Assembly: GCA_963755905.1 (NCBI GenBank)
Contig: CAVWLM010000002.1
Coordinates: 672,944-736,943 of the forward strand
Direction of reading: 5' to 3'
Origin: an uncultured delta proteobacterium
Lineage (GTDB): Bacteria; Desulfobacterota; Binatia; Binatales; Binataceae
Length of the DNA: 64,000 nt
Shown: positions 19,841 through 28,236 of the stretch, one piece after another
How the letters are laid out: every line of letters begins with the position of its first letter
Position numbering within the stretch: the first letter of the stretch is position 1
Made by a program: the position numbers and the translations under genes
The notes under the pieces: generated by a model
The model's input: the letters and a program-made list of their open reading frames with translations, nothing else
Databases searched by the model: none
Told to the model about the DNA's origin: nothing

Positions 19841-20056
19841 GTGAGCGCTCCGGAGTTCGCCGCGATGCGGGCAAGGAACGGAAATGGTCCACTCGTGGTC
19901 GCTATGACCGCGCATGCGGGCGACGGCGATGACGCAGGCCTAAGCGAATGTTGCAGAAGCGGATCGATGAATCACCTGAAGGCACATCGCGATTCAATCG
20001 CCGCGGAGATCGTAAAGCGCGCCGGCGCCGGCGTCCAGGTGCGGTTTGCAAGATAG
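19841..20056 (+). pseudogene. Fragment of a response-regulator receiver domain
   Basis: EFAAMRARNGNGPLVVAMTAHAGDGDDAGLSECCRSGSMNHLKAH aligns with the C-terminal receiver consensus (E.L..IR......PIIALTAHAM.GDRE.CLEAGMDDYLSKP). No N-terminal Asp pocket in frame. Confidence 0.3.
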
Positions 20057-20322
20057 TTACAAACATTGCGGCGGCGCGCGCCTCGGAGTCGCGCCCCAGT
20101 CGACCGCTGGAACTGGCCCATTCCGCTTCCGCGCCGCCGCGACCATTCATTGCGCCGGGCAGGTTGTGCGTTTGCTGACCTTCTTCCAGCGAGCCGCAGC
20201 CACCCTTGGGCGCGCGGTTTTGTTCCCGTCGCGTGCTTTCGCGAGCGCCTGGGTAGGCCAGGAGCGTGTCGGTCCCATCACCACCGCCGCGGCGCGACGG
20301 GAACAGTCACTCAGGCTGATGG

Positions 20323-20724
20323 ATGAATGACCTACCTGAAATTCCTGTTAAACGTCCCAGCCGCGCGATAGTGAAGCTGAAGCGGAATCAGGCGATTCGG
20401 CGAATGGGCCGACGCAAATTCCGCCTGTGCGATTGGCTAAACCCCCGACACGACGCCGAGGACGTAGAGTCCTGGGCACGCGCGAGACGGCGGCGGCAGG
20501 AGATTGACCAAATCTTAGACGAGGAGGGGTTGAGACTCCCCGACGGACGGCCGCACCCGATGCTCACTGAAGCCAGACATTGGAGCGTACGCGAAATGCA
20601 GCTCTCGGATCGGCTCGGCTTTAATCCGAAGGCGCGCATGGAGATTCGCGCGAGCGGGCGCAACGCTCCCGTCGACCTGGTAATGGCAGCGCAGGAGGAG
20701 GTCGTCGACGATGCCGATAAGTAA
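20323..20724 (+). CDS. Phage terminase small subunit (P27 family)
   Basis: 133 aa. C-terminal ...EARHWSVREMQLSDRLGFNPKARMEIRAS resembles the P27 TerS tail (...FGLTPASRSRI). Overlaps the TerL start by 14 nt. Confidence 0.5.
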   Translation: MNDLPEIPVKRPSRAIVKLKRNQAIRRMGRRKFRLCDWLNPRHDAEDVESWARARRRRQEIDQILDEEGLRLPDGRPHPMLTEARHWSVREMQLSDRLGFNPKARMEIRASGRNAPVDLVMAAQEEVVDDADK

Positions 20725-22060
20725 TCGCCTCGCCGAGCTTCGCGACCCGATCAGGTTCATGGAGAAACGCCTGATCAACGCCGAGGATAACAGGCCCTTC
20801 CGGTTGTATGCCGAACAAAAAGCTTTCCTGCGTCACGCCTTCGAGTTCGACGCCGAAGGCCGTATGAAGCACACGGAACTGTGCTTTTCGTCGGGCAAAA
20901 AAGGCGGCAAAACCGGCCTAGCCGGAATGATCTGCATCTTTACTGCCGTCGTGCTCGCCGGCCAAGGCGGCGAAATCTACTGCCTGGCAAACGATTTTGA
21001 ACAGAGTTCTTCCCGTGTATTTAAGGCGGTCGTTCAGATCCTCCAGGCATCGCCACTGTTACGCGACAGCGTGGATATCACCGCGAACAAGGTCACGTTC
21101 CGCTCGACCGGCACCACGATCATCGCAGTCGCGAACGATTTTGCGGGCTTCAGCGGCGCGAATCCGGTGCTGAATGTTTTCGATGAACTAGCGTATTTCA
21201 ATAGTGAGTCGAGTCGGCGATTGTTTCATGAAGCCGTACCTCTCCAGCGCGCCGATTTCTTTCAGGCTAAGCGTCTCAACGGCCGGATTCGACGGCAGAC
21301 CTTCACCCCTGCGCAACTTGTACGATCGCGCAATAGAGCACGGCGCCGGAATTTACCCGACCTTCGCGTCCATGAAAACCTATTGTGTTACTGGACTCAC
21401 GAGGCTCGCGCGCCTGGCAGACCCAGCGCTGGATCGACGAGATGCGCAGAACGTACGCGAGTCGGCCGTCGCAATTCAAGCGCTTAATCCGCAACGAATG
21501 GGTCGCCAGTGAGTCGAGTTTCATCGATCTGGCGCAGTGGGATCGATGCACTGATCCCGACCTGAAGCCGCTGCTCGCGAAGAGCGGTCTACCGGTGTGG
21601 GCCGCTCTGGATCTCGGGCTAAAGCACGACGCCACAGCGCTGATGGTTTGCGCCTGGACGGAGATCGCGTGCGTCTCGTTACGCATCAGGTATTCGTACC
21701 CCGGACCGGCGAAACAATAGATGTGGAGTCGGTCGTCGAGGCTGCAATACTTGGTCTGCGTTCGCGCTTCTCACTGCAGGCGCTCTACTACGATCCATGG
21801 CAAGCGATCGGCTTAGCTCAGCGGCTCGTACGCGCGGGCGTTACGGCGACCGAATATCCACAGACACTCCGAACTTGGGGTTGATGGCGAATAATCTGAT
21901 CGACCTACTCCGAACAGAAACGATCTTGCTCTATCCCGATGACGAGCTCAGAGCCGCAGCAGCAAAAACCATCGCGATCGATCAAGAGCGGAATGAGGCT
22001 CGGAAAAGCTAAGCAGTCGGATCGCGTGGACCCGATCATAGCGTTGGCGATGGCCGCGCT
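20711..22060 (+). pseudogene. Phage terminase large subunit, fragmented by multiple frameshifts
   Basis: N-terminal ATPase with SSGKKGGKTGLAGMICIFTAVVLAGQGGEIYCLANDFEQSSSRVF (Walker A) and VFDELAY (Walker B). Continuation appears in shifted frames (ISFRLSVSTAGFDGRPSPLRNLYDRAIEHG; LIRNEWVASESSFIDLAQW; WAALDLGLKHDATALMV; ...SDRVDPIIALAMAALAC nuclease motif). Confidence 0.7.
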
Positions 22061-22311
22061 CGCGTGTGTACAGGCGGGCAGCGGAGCCGGCCGAGTCGAT
22101 CATGCATTCCAAGAACGTGCACTGTCGGTTTTTCGCGAGCAATCGCGACTCCGAACAGAGCACGCGGACGCGGCGCCAGGCTCGCACGCGGGCACGGGAG
22201 GTTTTCATTGGGCTCGCGTTGAGGATGCCGCCGCAGCGGCCGCGCGAAGTTCGCCGAGATGGAAATGGAGAAGCTATTAGAAATGGCTAGTCGCTTCCGC
22301 TTCCCTGTTCC

Positions 22312-22485
22312 ATGTTCCGTTTGCCGAACTGCGGCAAAGCATTTGGTCCTAACGTTGAAGAGTGTCCGCATTGCCGCATCGGCGCTCAAGGCCAGTACCA
22401 CGGTGACCGAGTGAGACTCTGGCACCTCCACCAGACCGCGCATGGTCATCAGTGGGCGCCACCAGGTCACTTTTCAGGGAAGTAA
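22312..22485 (+). CDS. Small zinc-ribbon protein (57 aa), not in ORF track
   Basis: MFRLPNCGKAFGPNVEECPHCRIGAQGQYHGDRVRLWHL... has CxxC-N9-CxxC. Its stop TAA is directly followed by the ATG of 22486. Confidence 0.4.
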   Translation: MFRLPNCGKAFGPNVEECPHCRIGAQGQYHGDRVRLWHLHQTAHGHQWAPPGHFSGK

Positions 22486-22836
22486 ATGGAATTCAATCTC
22501 GCCGACTTGGCCCAAATTCAGCCGCTCGAATTCGGCAGGCTCCAGCATGTCCGCGGCGGTCGCCCTCGCAGTGGCTATTCGATCAAGCTTCTCGAAATCC
22601 TGCGTGACGGCGAGCGGCATACGCTGCGCGAGTTTCTACCGGTTGAATGGGATGGCGACGAGGCAGCGCGCGTGGTCACCAGCAGGGCTTTCGGTCAATT
22701 GATCGCAGCTGGCCTAGCGCGCAAACCGACGCGCCACACCTTTCAAATAACCGCGAAGGGGCGGCTTACCGCTCCGGAGCTAATGAATAACGCGAAATAT
22801 ACGGAGGAAAGTCCGTGGCTAGTTGGCAATACATAA
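22486..22836 (+). CDS. Hypothetical protein
   Basis: ORF-track. Tightly packed after the zinc-ribbon ORF. No family recognised. Confidence 0.4.
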   Translation: MEFNLADLAQIQPLEFGRLQHVRGGRPRSGYSIKLLEILRDGERHTLREFLPVEWDGDEAARVVTSRAFGQLIAAGLARKPTRHTFQITAKGRLTAPELMNNAKYTEESPWLVGNT

Positions 22837-23120
22837 TTTCGGGCACGAAAACAGCGGTCGCAACCGCTCTCGCAGCCGCGTCAATTGCGGATGCAACAGA
22901 CATGGATGCTCCGGTGGAAGACTTGGTCGGTAACACGGCCGCAACAGCGCATTTCAACGCAGCCATCAGCGCCGCGCAGTCTCAGTTAAATGCCTTGACG
23001 GGCAACGCGCCGAACGCGCGCGTCGTAGCTACCGGCTATCTCGACCTGAATGTGACAGCGCCCATTCCCGCGACGGGGGCAAGCAAAATCAGCGTCCTGG
23101 TTTCGGAGTTTTGGACGTAG
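22815..23120 (+). CDS. Hypothetical Ala/Thr-rich protein
   Basis: ORF-track. Overlaps the upstream gene end. Possibly a virion-associated protein. Confidence 0.35.
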   Translation: MASWQYIISGTKTAVATALAAASIADATDMDAPVEDLVGNTAATAHFNAAISAAQSQLNALTGNAPNARVVATGYLDLNVTAPIPATGASKISVLVSEFWT

Positions 23121-23152
23121 GGATCTCAAACGCCAAGATCGAGGTTTGGTAA

Positions 23153-23827
23153 ATGGCTAACCCAACGGGTACTAACTTTTTCGCCTCAGTCGCAATGAAC
23201 ACCGATCCGGTGACTGACGCCCCATACACCTGGGCTGACGGTGACGTGTACGAACTCGCCCAAACCGACATGGCCGAGGCCGCGGCTCCTGGCGCCAGCT
23301 TTGCTGGCCTTGGCGTGCAGAATCAGCCGGCATCGAAGTTGCTCAACAAGGTCAACCTTATCCGGGCCGCCCAGCTCGACGATGAGGCAAACATTTCTGG
23401 CCTGGAGACGTTCAAGGCTGCTTTCGCCGGCCTCGTCGGTGGCGCGTATGGTTCGGGTTACATCAAGATCCCCTATACAGATGCAAATCTCGGCGAGAAC
23501 GTACTACTCGCACAGTGGGGATTCTACCCGTGGTACGGTCTCCGTGCGTCGGACGTCGAGAATGTGCTGTTCACTTTCAGCTTTCCGATTGCATTTCCCA
23601 ACGCCTGCAGCTTTATGTTGGCATCGCTGGTCACCAACGATGTCGGCGCGCCGGGTGGCCTGAATCAGTGCGCGCTCAACCTGGAGCCCGTGGGCCCATC
23701 CTACGGCAAAGCGCAGGGACAGGTGTTTAGCGATTACAACAATCAAGCGGGCGCGGTGATCACGATAGCGAGTTCCCCGTCGAGTGCGGGGTTGACCGGT
23801 TTTAGTTGGTTTGCGATCGGGTACTAG
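23153..23827 (+). CDS. Hypothetical protein (possible phage structural / tail-associated)
   Basis: 224 aa, Gly/Ala/Asn-rich, no TM. The structural role is a guess based on position after the terminase. Confidence 0.4.
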   Translation: MANPTGTNFFASVAMNTDPVTDAPYTWADGDVYELAQTDMAEAAAPGASFAGLGVQNQPASKLLNKVNLIRAAQLDDEANISGLETFKAAFAGLVGGAYGSGYIKIPYTDANLGENVLLAQWGFYPWYGLRASDVENVLFTFSFPIAFPNACSFMLASLVTNDVGAPGGLNQCALNLEPVGPSYGKAQGQVFSDYNNQAGAVITIASSPSSAGLTGFSWFAIGY

Positions 23828-23871
23828 GCGAGGCGCCTGGCGGCCGGAGCGCCCGACCGCCAGGAGTGATG

Positions 23872-24288
23872 CTATGCGGCTTTGCTGTCCTCGTTGTAAC
23901 AAGCTTCCCATGCTACGCGGTACTCAGCCAGCTCTCTCTTGTTCAGCGGCCTTTTGAGCGCGCGAGGAATCATGACCTTTACCTCTAGTAGCCAATTGTC
24001 CGCTGCGCACATTCCGGGCACGCGGTCCTCCTGCGTGGCATCGATTCCATCGCACACTAGGCCATCTAGCGTATAGATAGCCTGGGCTCGCGCACAGATA
24101 GGATCAGGAATTGAGCCTTCCAAACAATCCACGGGAGCCCATCCGTAGTAATTTTGAGCCGACATCCGACGCTGCTCGCGACGAAACGCCGTGCGCGACG
24201 GGATGTTAAGCTCCTCGAGTGCGGCATCGATCTCCCGATCGAGCGCTGCCTGTATCGCCGCCGTAATCGGCCCCATTTTGGTTGCCAT
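23872..24288 (-). CDS. Hypothetical protein, paralog of 24301-24759 (N-terminal HTH-like motif IPSRTAFRREQRR)
   Basis: Shared blocks with the neighbour: MA.K.G...AA..AA, L.IPSRTA..RE.RR, A.A.AI..LD.L, L+RPL.K.E.A. Confidence 0.45.
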   Translation of the reverse strand: MATKMGPITAAIQAALDREIDAALEELNIPSRTAFRREQRRMSAQNYYGWAPVDCLEGSIPDPICARAQAIYTLDGLVCDGIDATQEDRVPGMCAADNWLLEVKVMIPRALKRPLNKRELAEYRVAWEACYNEDSKAA

Positions 24289-24300
24289 CGTCGTCTCCTC

Positions 24301-24759
24301 CTACGCGGCCATGATTTCGATTTCGCCGGCCATCGTCCGGACGAAGGCTCTGTTGACGTACTCCTCTTCGTATTTCGCGCGCTCAGCTCGGTCTTGTGCG
24401 ACTTCCGCCTCGTAGGTCTTCCTGATTCCAGCGATCTCTTCCTTTGTGAGCGGTCGCCTGAGCGCGGTCAGAAGCGTCTCCTCGATTTCGTCAAAACAAT
24501 ACCCGAGGGTGTCCGAGTCGTCCAAATTGTTCGGAATGTCACACAAGAGGTCGAGCGCCCGAATACGCGCGATCTGAGCGGGGTACTCTTTTTTGGTGTT
24601 ATCGTTCCAATGGACCACCTTCAGTCGCCGAGACTCCCGCAGTAGAGCTGTGCGCGATGGGATGCCAAGTTTCCGCATCAGCGCGTTAGCCCGACGTTCG
24701 GCGCACTCCGCTATCGCTGCTCTTAGAGCGGCTCTTCCCGTACCGATTTTTATCGCCAT
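24301..24759 (-). CDS. Hypothetical protein, paralog of 23872-24288
   Basis: MAIKIGTGRAALRAAIAE...LMRKLGIPSRTALLRESRRL...LRRPLTKEEIAGIRKTYEAEV. Acidic C-terminus. Confidence 0.45.
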   Translation of the reverse strand: MAIKIGTGRAALRAAIAECAERRANALMRKLGIPSRTALLRESRRLKVVHWNDNTKKEYPAQIARIRALDLLCDIPNNLDDSDTLGYCFDEIEETLLTALRRPLTKEEIAGIRKTYEAEVAQDRAERAKYEEEYVNRAFVRTMAGEIEIMAA

Positions 24760-24830
24760 CGTGTCCTCCTTGCTTTGTTCACGAAACCTATGCTGACATA
24801 GCGTTAGGTCAGCATGAAGTCAAGGTATAG

Positions 24831-25076
24831 GTGATGAAATTAGTTCGGCAGAAGGCCATAATTCCGCCGATGGACACGAAGGAGGCGGGGCGGCGAGGCG
24901 GCAAGCGTAGGGCCGCGAATATGACGCCTGAAGAACGCGTCGAGGCGGCTAGTCAGGCCGGACGTGCTCGTGTCGAGAAGTCGACGCCCGAGCAGCGAAG
25001 TGCCTTGGCGAGCAAGGCCGCTAAAGCCCGCTGGACGAAAGCGAAGAAGACGAAGGCGAAGGAGCGGAAGAAGTGA
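24831..25076 (+). CDS. Small basic protein with tandem TPEER/TPEQR...A+ARW repeats
   Basis: GGKRRAANMTPEERVEAASQAGRARVEKSTPEQRSALASKAAKARW followed by a Lys-rich tail. Basic repeat proteins of this kind are common on mobile elements. Confidence 0.45.
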   Translation: MMKLVRQKAIIPPMDTKEAGRRGGKRRAANMTPEERVEAASQAGRARVEKSTPEQRSALASKAAKARWTKAKKTKAKERKK

Positions 25077-25088
25077 GGGACGTGTCAG

Positions 25089-25541
25089 CTACTCAAGTAG
25101 ATCCTGGAGCGCTCTCTCAAGGTTCTTGCTGGTGTAATCTCGCGGCTCGTTAAAGTTGTACCGCCCCCATTCATCATCGGGAAGGGCGGGTCGAACGGGC
25201 GCCTCTTGTACTATCGACCAGCGAGAAAGCGAAGGATGCCAATAGAGCGCGCGAAGGCGAACAGATCCCTCACGTCGAAGAACTATTAGATGTTTGTCCG
25301 CATCGCTCGCCTCGAAAACTATAGTTCCACCACGCTCTTCGGAGACGCTTAATCTCTCAGGGCTTAATCGGTGGACGGACAACCGATCATCGCCGATCGC
25401 TTTGAGTTTGTCCTCAACATCGTCAAGCTGCTTCTCGGCGCGTGTGTTCCATTCCCGTTTCGCGGTCCGTCTCACTTGTGCCGCGTCTCTTTCTCTCTGT
25501 CTCTCGTGTGAGCGCCTCTTCAAGTCGTCCTTTAAACTCAC
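25089..25541 (-). CDS. Hypothetical protein (charged N-terminus)
   Basis: ORF-track. First gene of a three-gene minus-strand block with the two paralogs. Confidence 0.4.
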   Translation of the reverse strand: MSLKDDLKRRSHERQRERDAAQVRRTAKREWNTRAEKQLDDVEDKLKAIGDDRLSVHRLSPERLSVSEERGGTIVFEASDADKHLIVLRREGSVRLRALYWHPSLSRWSIVQEAPVRPALPDDEWGRYNFNEPRDYTSKNLERALQDLLE

Positions 25542-25744
25542 CGATTCGTACCTCCAAAGTGAGTGGCGAATACTAAAAAGCTACGATCGCTACTAGCCTT
25601 TAGGCTAACCGACAGCCCCGCGTAGTCAATTCCCCGTCCAAATCCCATCCACAGGTATCAGGACCATCCTCAACCACGCCGCCTTGACGCTCCGCGGCGG
25701 CGGCCCTACGCTCGCGCACAGCTCTGGGATGAGGAGGCAAAAAA

Positions 25745-25894
25745 GTGGCTCGTGTCTACCCATGCGAAGAGTGCGAGAAAATCATTCACGAAATCGACGA
25801 ATACGTTCAGGTTGCGCCAGCCGGAGTCGAAGTCGAAAAGCGCGTGCATGCGGACTGCTATGAGGCGTACAAACAGAAGCACAAAAAGAAGTGA
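25745..25894 (+). CDS. Small zinc-ribbon-like protein (49 aa), not in ORF track
   Basis: RBS GAGGAGG 8 nt upstream of GTG. Peptide VARVYPCEECEKIIHEIDEYVQVAPAGVEVEKRVHADCYEAYKQKHKKK with CxxC ... HxxC. Confidence 0.4.
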   Translation: MARVYPCEECEKIIHEIDEYVQVAPAGVEVEKRVHADCYEAYKQKHKKK

Positions 25895-26139
25895 ATCAGC
25901 CGGCGATGGTGGCCGAGGGCGCGCGAGAGAGAAGGTCGAAGCTGCGGATGGCTGAGCAGCGGCAGTCTGCGGCCGAAAGTCGCTGGCACAAAGATCGGAC
26001 ATGCGAACAGGACAACGTGTCCCATTCGCATCCGAAAGAAACCAAACCTACTACCCGAACAGAGATCGCCCGCGAGACCAAGGTGCCGGAACGGAAACTG
26101 CGCCTTGACCCTCCCGCACGCCGGCCCTAGGCTCGCGCC

Positions 26140-26472
26140 ATGAACCTCCGCCACGCCGCCGCGCTCGCGCTTGTGGGCTGGTATCTCATGGTGCCGCCGC
26201 TTTCTAATCCTTCTGCCCCTCTGTCGAAGTGGAACCTTTATCGCTCGTATGACACAGCGAGGGAGTGCGAGGTGGCTAAGGCCGCCAAGGTCCTCTGTGC
26301 CAACACGGTTAGATCCAGTCTGGTGCCCGATCGCGACGCCTGTTTGGACCTGGATGGGATAGCTAAGTTAACGGGAGGAACGGAGGCAATTGAGAGGCTT
26401 CGAAAATCCGAGCAACGTTACCTAAATGCTGAATGCATCGCCAGCGACGATCCGCGCCTTAAGGAAAAATAG
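26140..26472 (+). CDS. Small secreted Cys-containing protein
   Basis: Signal peptide MNLRHAAALALVGWYLMVPP. 4 Cys. The ATG directly abuts a duplicated promoter-like motif (possibly a leaderless mRNA). Confidence 0.45.
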   Translation: MNLRHAAALALVGWYLMVPPLSNPSAPLSKWNLYRSYDTARECEVAKAAKVLCANTVRSSLVPDRDACLDLDGIAKLTGGTEAIERLRKSEQRYLNAECIASDDPRLKEK

Positions 26473-26560
26473 GCCGCCCACTTTCAAAACCGGCCACTCA
26501 AGCCGAAATTAGGCCAGTGCCCACGTCGAGCTTCTCTGGACAACGGGAGCGCCGCCAAAG

Positions 26561-27157
26561 TTGACCATCAGTGACCGAACTGCTAGCGTTGCTCTACCGT
26601 CTAGCGGCGGTAACGTACTGAGCGGAGCCGAGAGGTTCCGCGCGAGAATAACGAGGCCGAGAGGCCGGAGGAATCCAATGACCGATCATGACCTTTCCGT
26701 TTTGCTGTCCGACCTTGAGGACAGCGCCAAAAAGCTCAACGCCGAATCCGATTCCGTTGTAGCGATTCTTGAGTCCGTCGAGTCACGGCTCGTCGGGATG
26801 AATATCGGCCTAGAGACTTGGCTCGAAGAAAGAGCGATCGAATCGCACACCGATACCGACTATGACGACTCACGGGACGACGACGTGGGACGGCAAATCG
26901 CGAGACGCACCGAAGTAGGGTTTGCCAAGGTGGCTGGTGAGTGGTGCTTAGCGATCCGAGGAGAAAGAGGCGACTTCGACGCTCATCTCGGCGGCTTTGA
27001 ATGGTCGCACGAAAAGCTTCCAACACGTCTGCGCGACGCCAGTCGGCAACTTCGGATCGCGGCGCTACCGGCGATTCCGAACTTACTCAAAGCGGTAAGC
27101 GAAAAGGCGAAGCTCGCTCTCGCGAACATTGCCGAAGCGAAGAAACTAGTGAAGTAA
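26561..27157 (+). CDS. Acidic hypothetical protein (likely start at Met ~26678)
   Basis: MTDHDLSVLLSDLEDSAKKLN.... Followed by a rho-independent terminator. Confidence 0.45.
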   Translation: MTISDRTASVALPSSGGNVLSGAERFRARITRPRGRRNPMTDHDLSVLLSDLEDSAKKLNAESDSVVAILESVESRLVGMNIGLETWLEERAIESHTDTDYDDSRDDDVGRQIARRTEVGFAKVAGEWCLAIRGERGDFDAHLGGFEWSHEKLPTRLRDASRQLRIAALPAIPNLLKAVSEKAKLALANIAEAKKLVK

Positions 27158-27180
27158 GAATCCGCACAGCCGCTAGCGGT

Positions 27181-27217
27181 TTAAGAGCCTCGGACGATCC
27201 GGGGCTCTTTTTTTGGC
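27181..27217 (+). terminator. Rho-independent terminator (GC stem + T7)
   Basis: agagcctcgg-acgat-ccggggctct followed by ttttttt. Confidence 0.5.
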
Positions 27218-27233
27218 GCGACATCGCCGAGCT

Positions 27234-27257
27234 CGCGGGGGCAAATTATTGCCCCCG
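27234..27257. terminator. Perfect 10-bp-stem palindrome between convergent genes (bidirectional terminator / binding site)
   Basis: gcgggggcaa-atta-ttgcccccgc. Confidence 0.4.
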
Positions 27258-27269
27258 CTCAACGTGACG

Positions 27270-27662
27270 CTATTCCGACAGACCCTTACTGGAGACGTTT
27301 ATAAAGGGGTTGAGCTCGCCGCCGTCAGGGACCTCGAATCCGGCGATGAGGGCAGCGGCGATAAATTCGCCGTTCGTTATATAGCAGCCGCCCTTTGCGG
27401 AGTCGGCTTCAAACACATGCTTGATGCCGTACGTTGAACCCGCTCGAGTATTCACAGTCTTACGGCGGCCTTTGGTGTTCAGCCAGGCGACAGCTTTCGC
27501 GATAGCATCAAGGTTGACATGAAGTTCCAGCTCTTCGCGGGCTCTCTTGAACTCTCCTTCTCGATCGTCCCCTTTGTATAGGTTCGAAATTCCATAGCCC
27601 TGAATCGTCAGCCTCGGATTGGCATCTAGCACTGCTCTAAATTGATCGGCAAAATCGTTCAT
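27270..27662 (-). CDS. Hypothetical protein
   Basis: RBS GGAGG 7 nt upstream of ATG 27662. Upstream, on the same strand (27690-27976), lies a further small gene that reads in two frames (MAEDNSNNGSNGNQ... / ...FVHLTKLEAARRQLETAIRLYF...). Confidence 0.45.
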   Translation of the reverse strand: MNDFADQFRAVLDANPRLTIQGYGISNLYKGDDREGEFKRAREELELHVNLDAIAKAVAWLNTKGRRKTVNTRAGSTYGIKHVFEADSAKGGCYITNGEFIAAALIAGFEVPDGGELNPFINVSSKGLSE

Positions 27663-28236
27663 GGCCAGTCCACCGCCTCCTTCACTAGGCTATGCCAAAT
27701 TGTACAGCAACCCCGCGAGCGCGTGGATTGACACTTCATCGCCGTCCGCGAAGTAGAGTCTAATCGCTGTCTCGAGCTGCCGACGTGCTGCTTCGAGTTT
27801 TGTGAGGTGCACGAACCTTGCTTTAGCTGCGGCTCCGTCTGACCCGGTCCTTTCGCAGCGCCTCGGCGACTTCCTCGGGTGTCGCGTCCCACGGCAGCGT
27901 CGCAGTGGCTATGGGCCGGCCGTCTTCGTTCTGGTTTCCGTTCGATCCGTTGTTGCTGTTGTCCTCAGCCATCATCATCTCCTCCAATTTAGAAGCGTAC
28001 TGGAGTGGATGTCAGAGTCAATTCCCTGTCGAGAGCGTTATCCAGAGCCCTCGTTGCGACGTTGGTGAGGTTGGTGACGCTGGTGACGTTGTCCAGCACT
28101 ATACAGAAATACGTTTTCTACTTTTCACGTGTTCTGGACAAATCCTTGACAATTTCCGATTTCCGAGCCTCCCAAGGCTACCGGTAGGCTTACTCCCGTA
28201 TTCTCCTAACTCTCTGATTTAATTATCTAAATTAAG

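Noticed and set aside
22420-22440. TGGCAC motifs as possible sigma-54 promoters (also at ~29303), considered because of the NtrC-type activator at the window start
   Set aside because: Neither is followed by the TTGC(A/T) element at the correct 5-nt spacing, and both lie inside coding sequence.
25891-26130. 79-aa ORF overlapping the duplicated promoter motif
   Set aside because: It spans the promoter-like repeat of the next gene, is extremely basic, and has no RBS. It is probably not translated.
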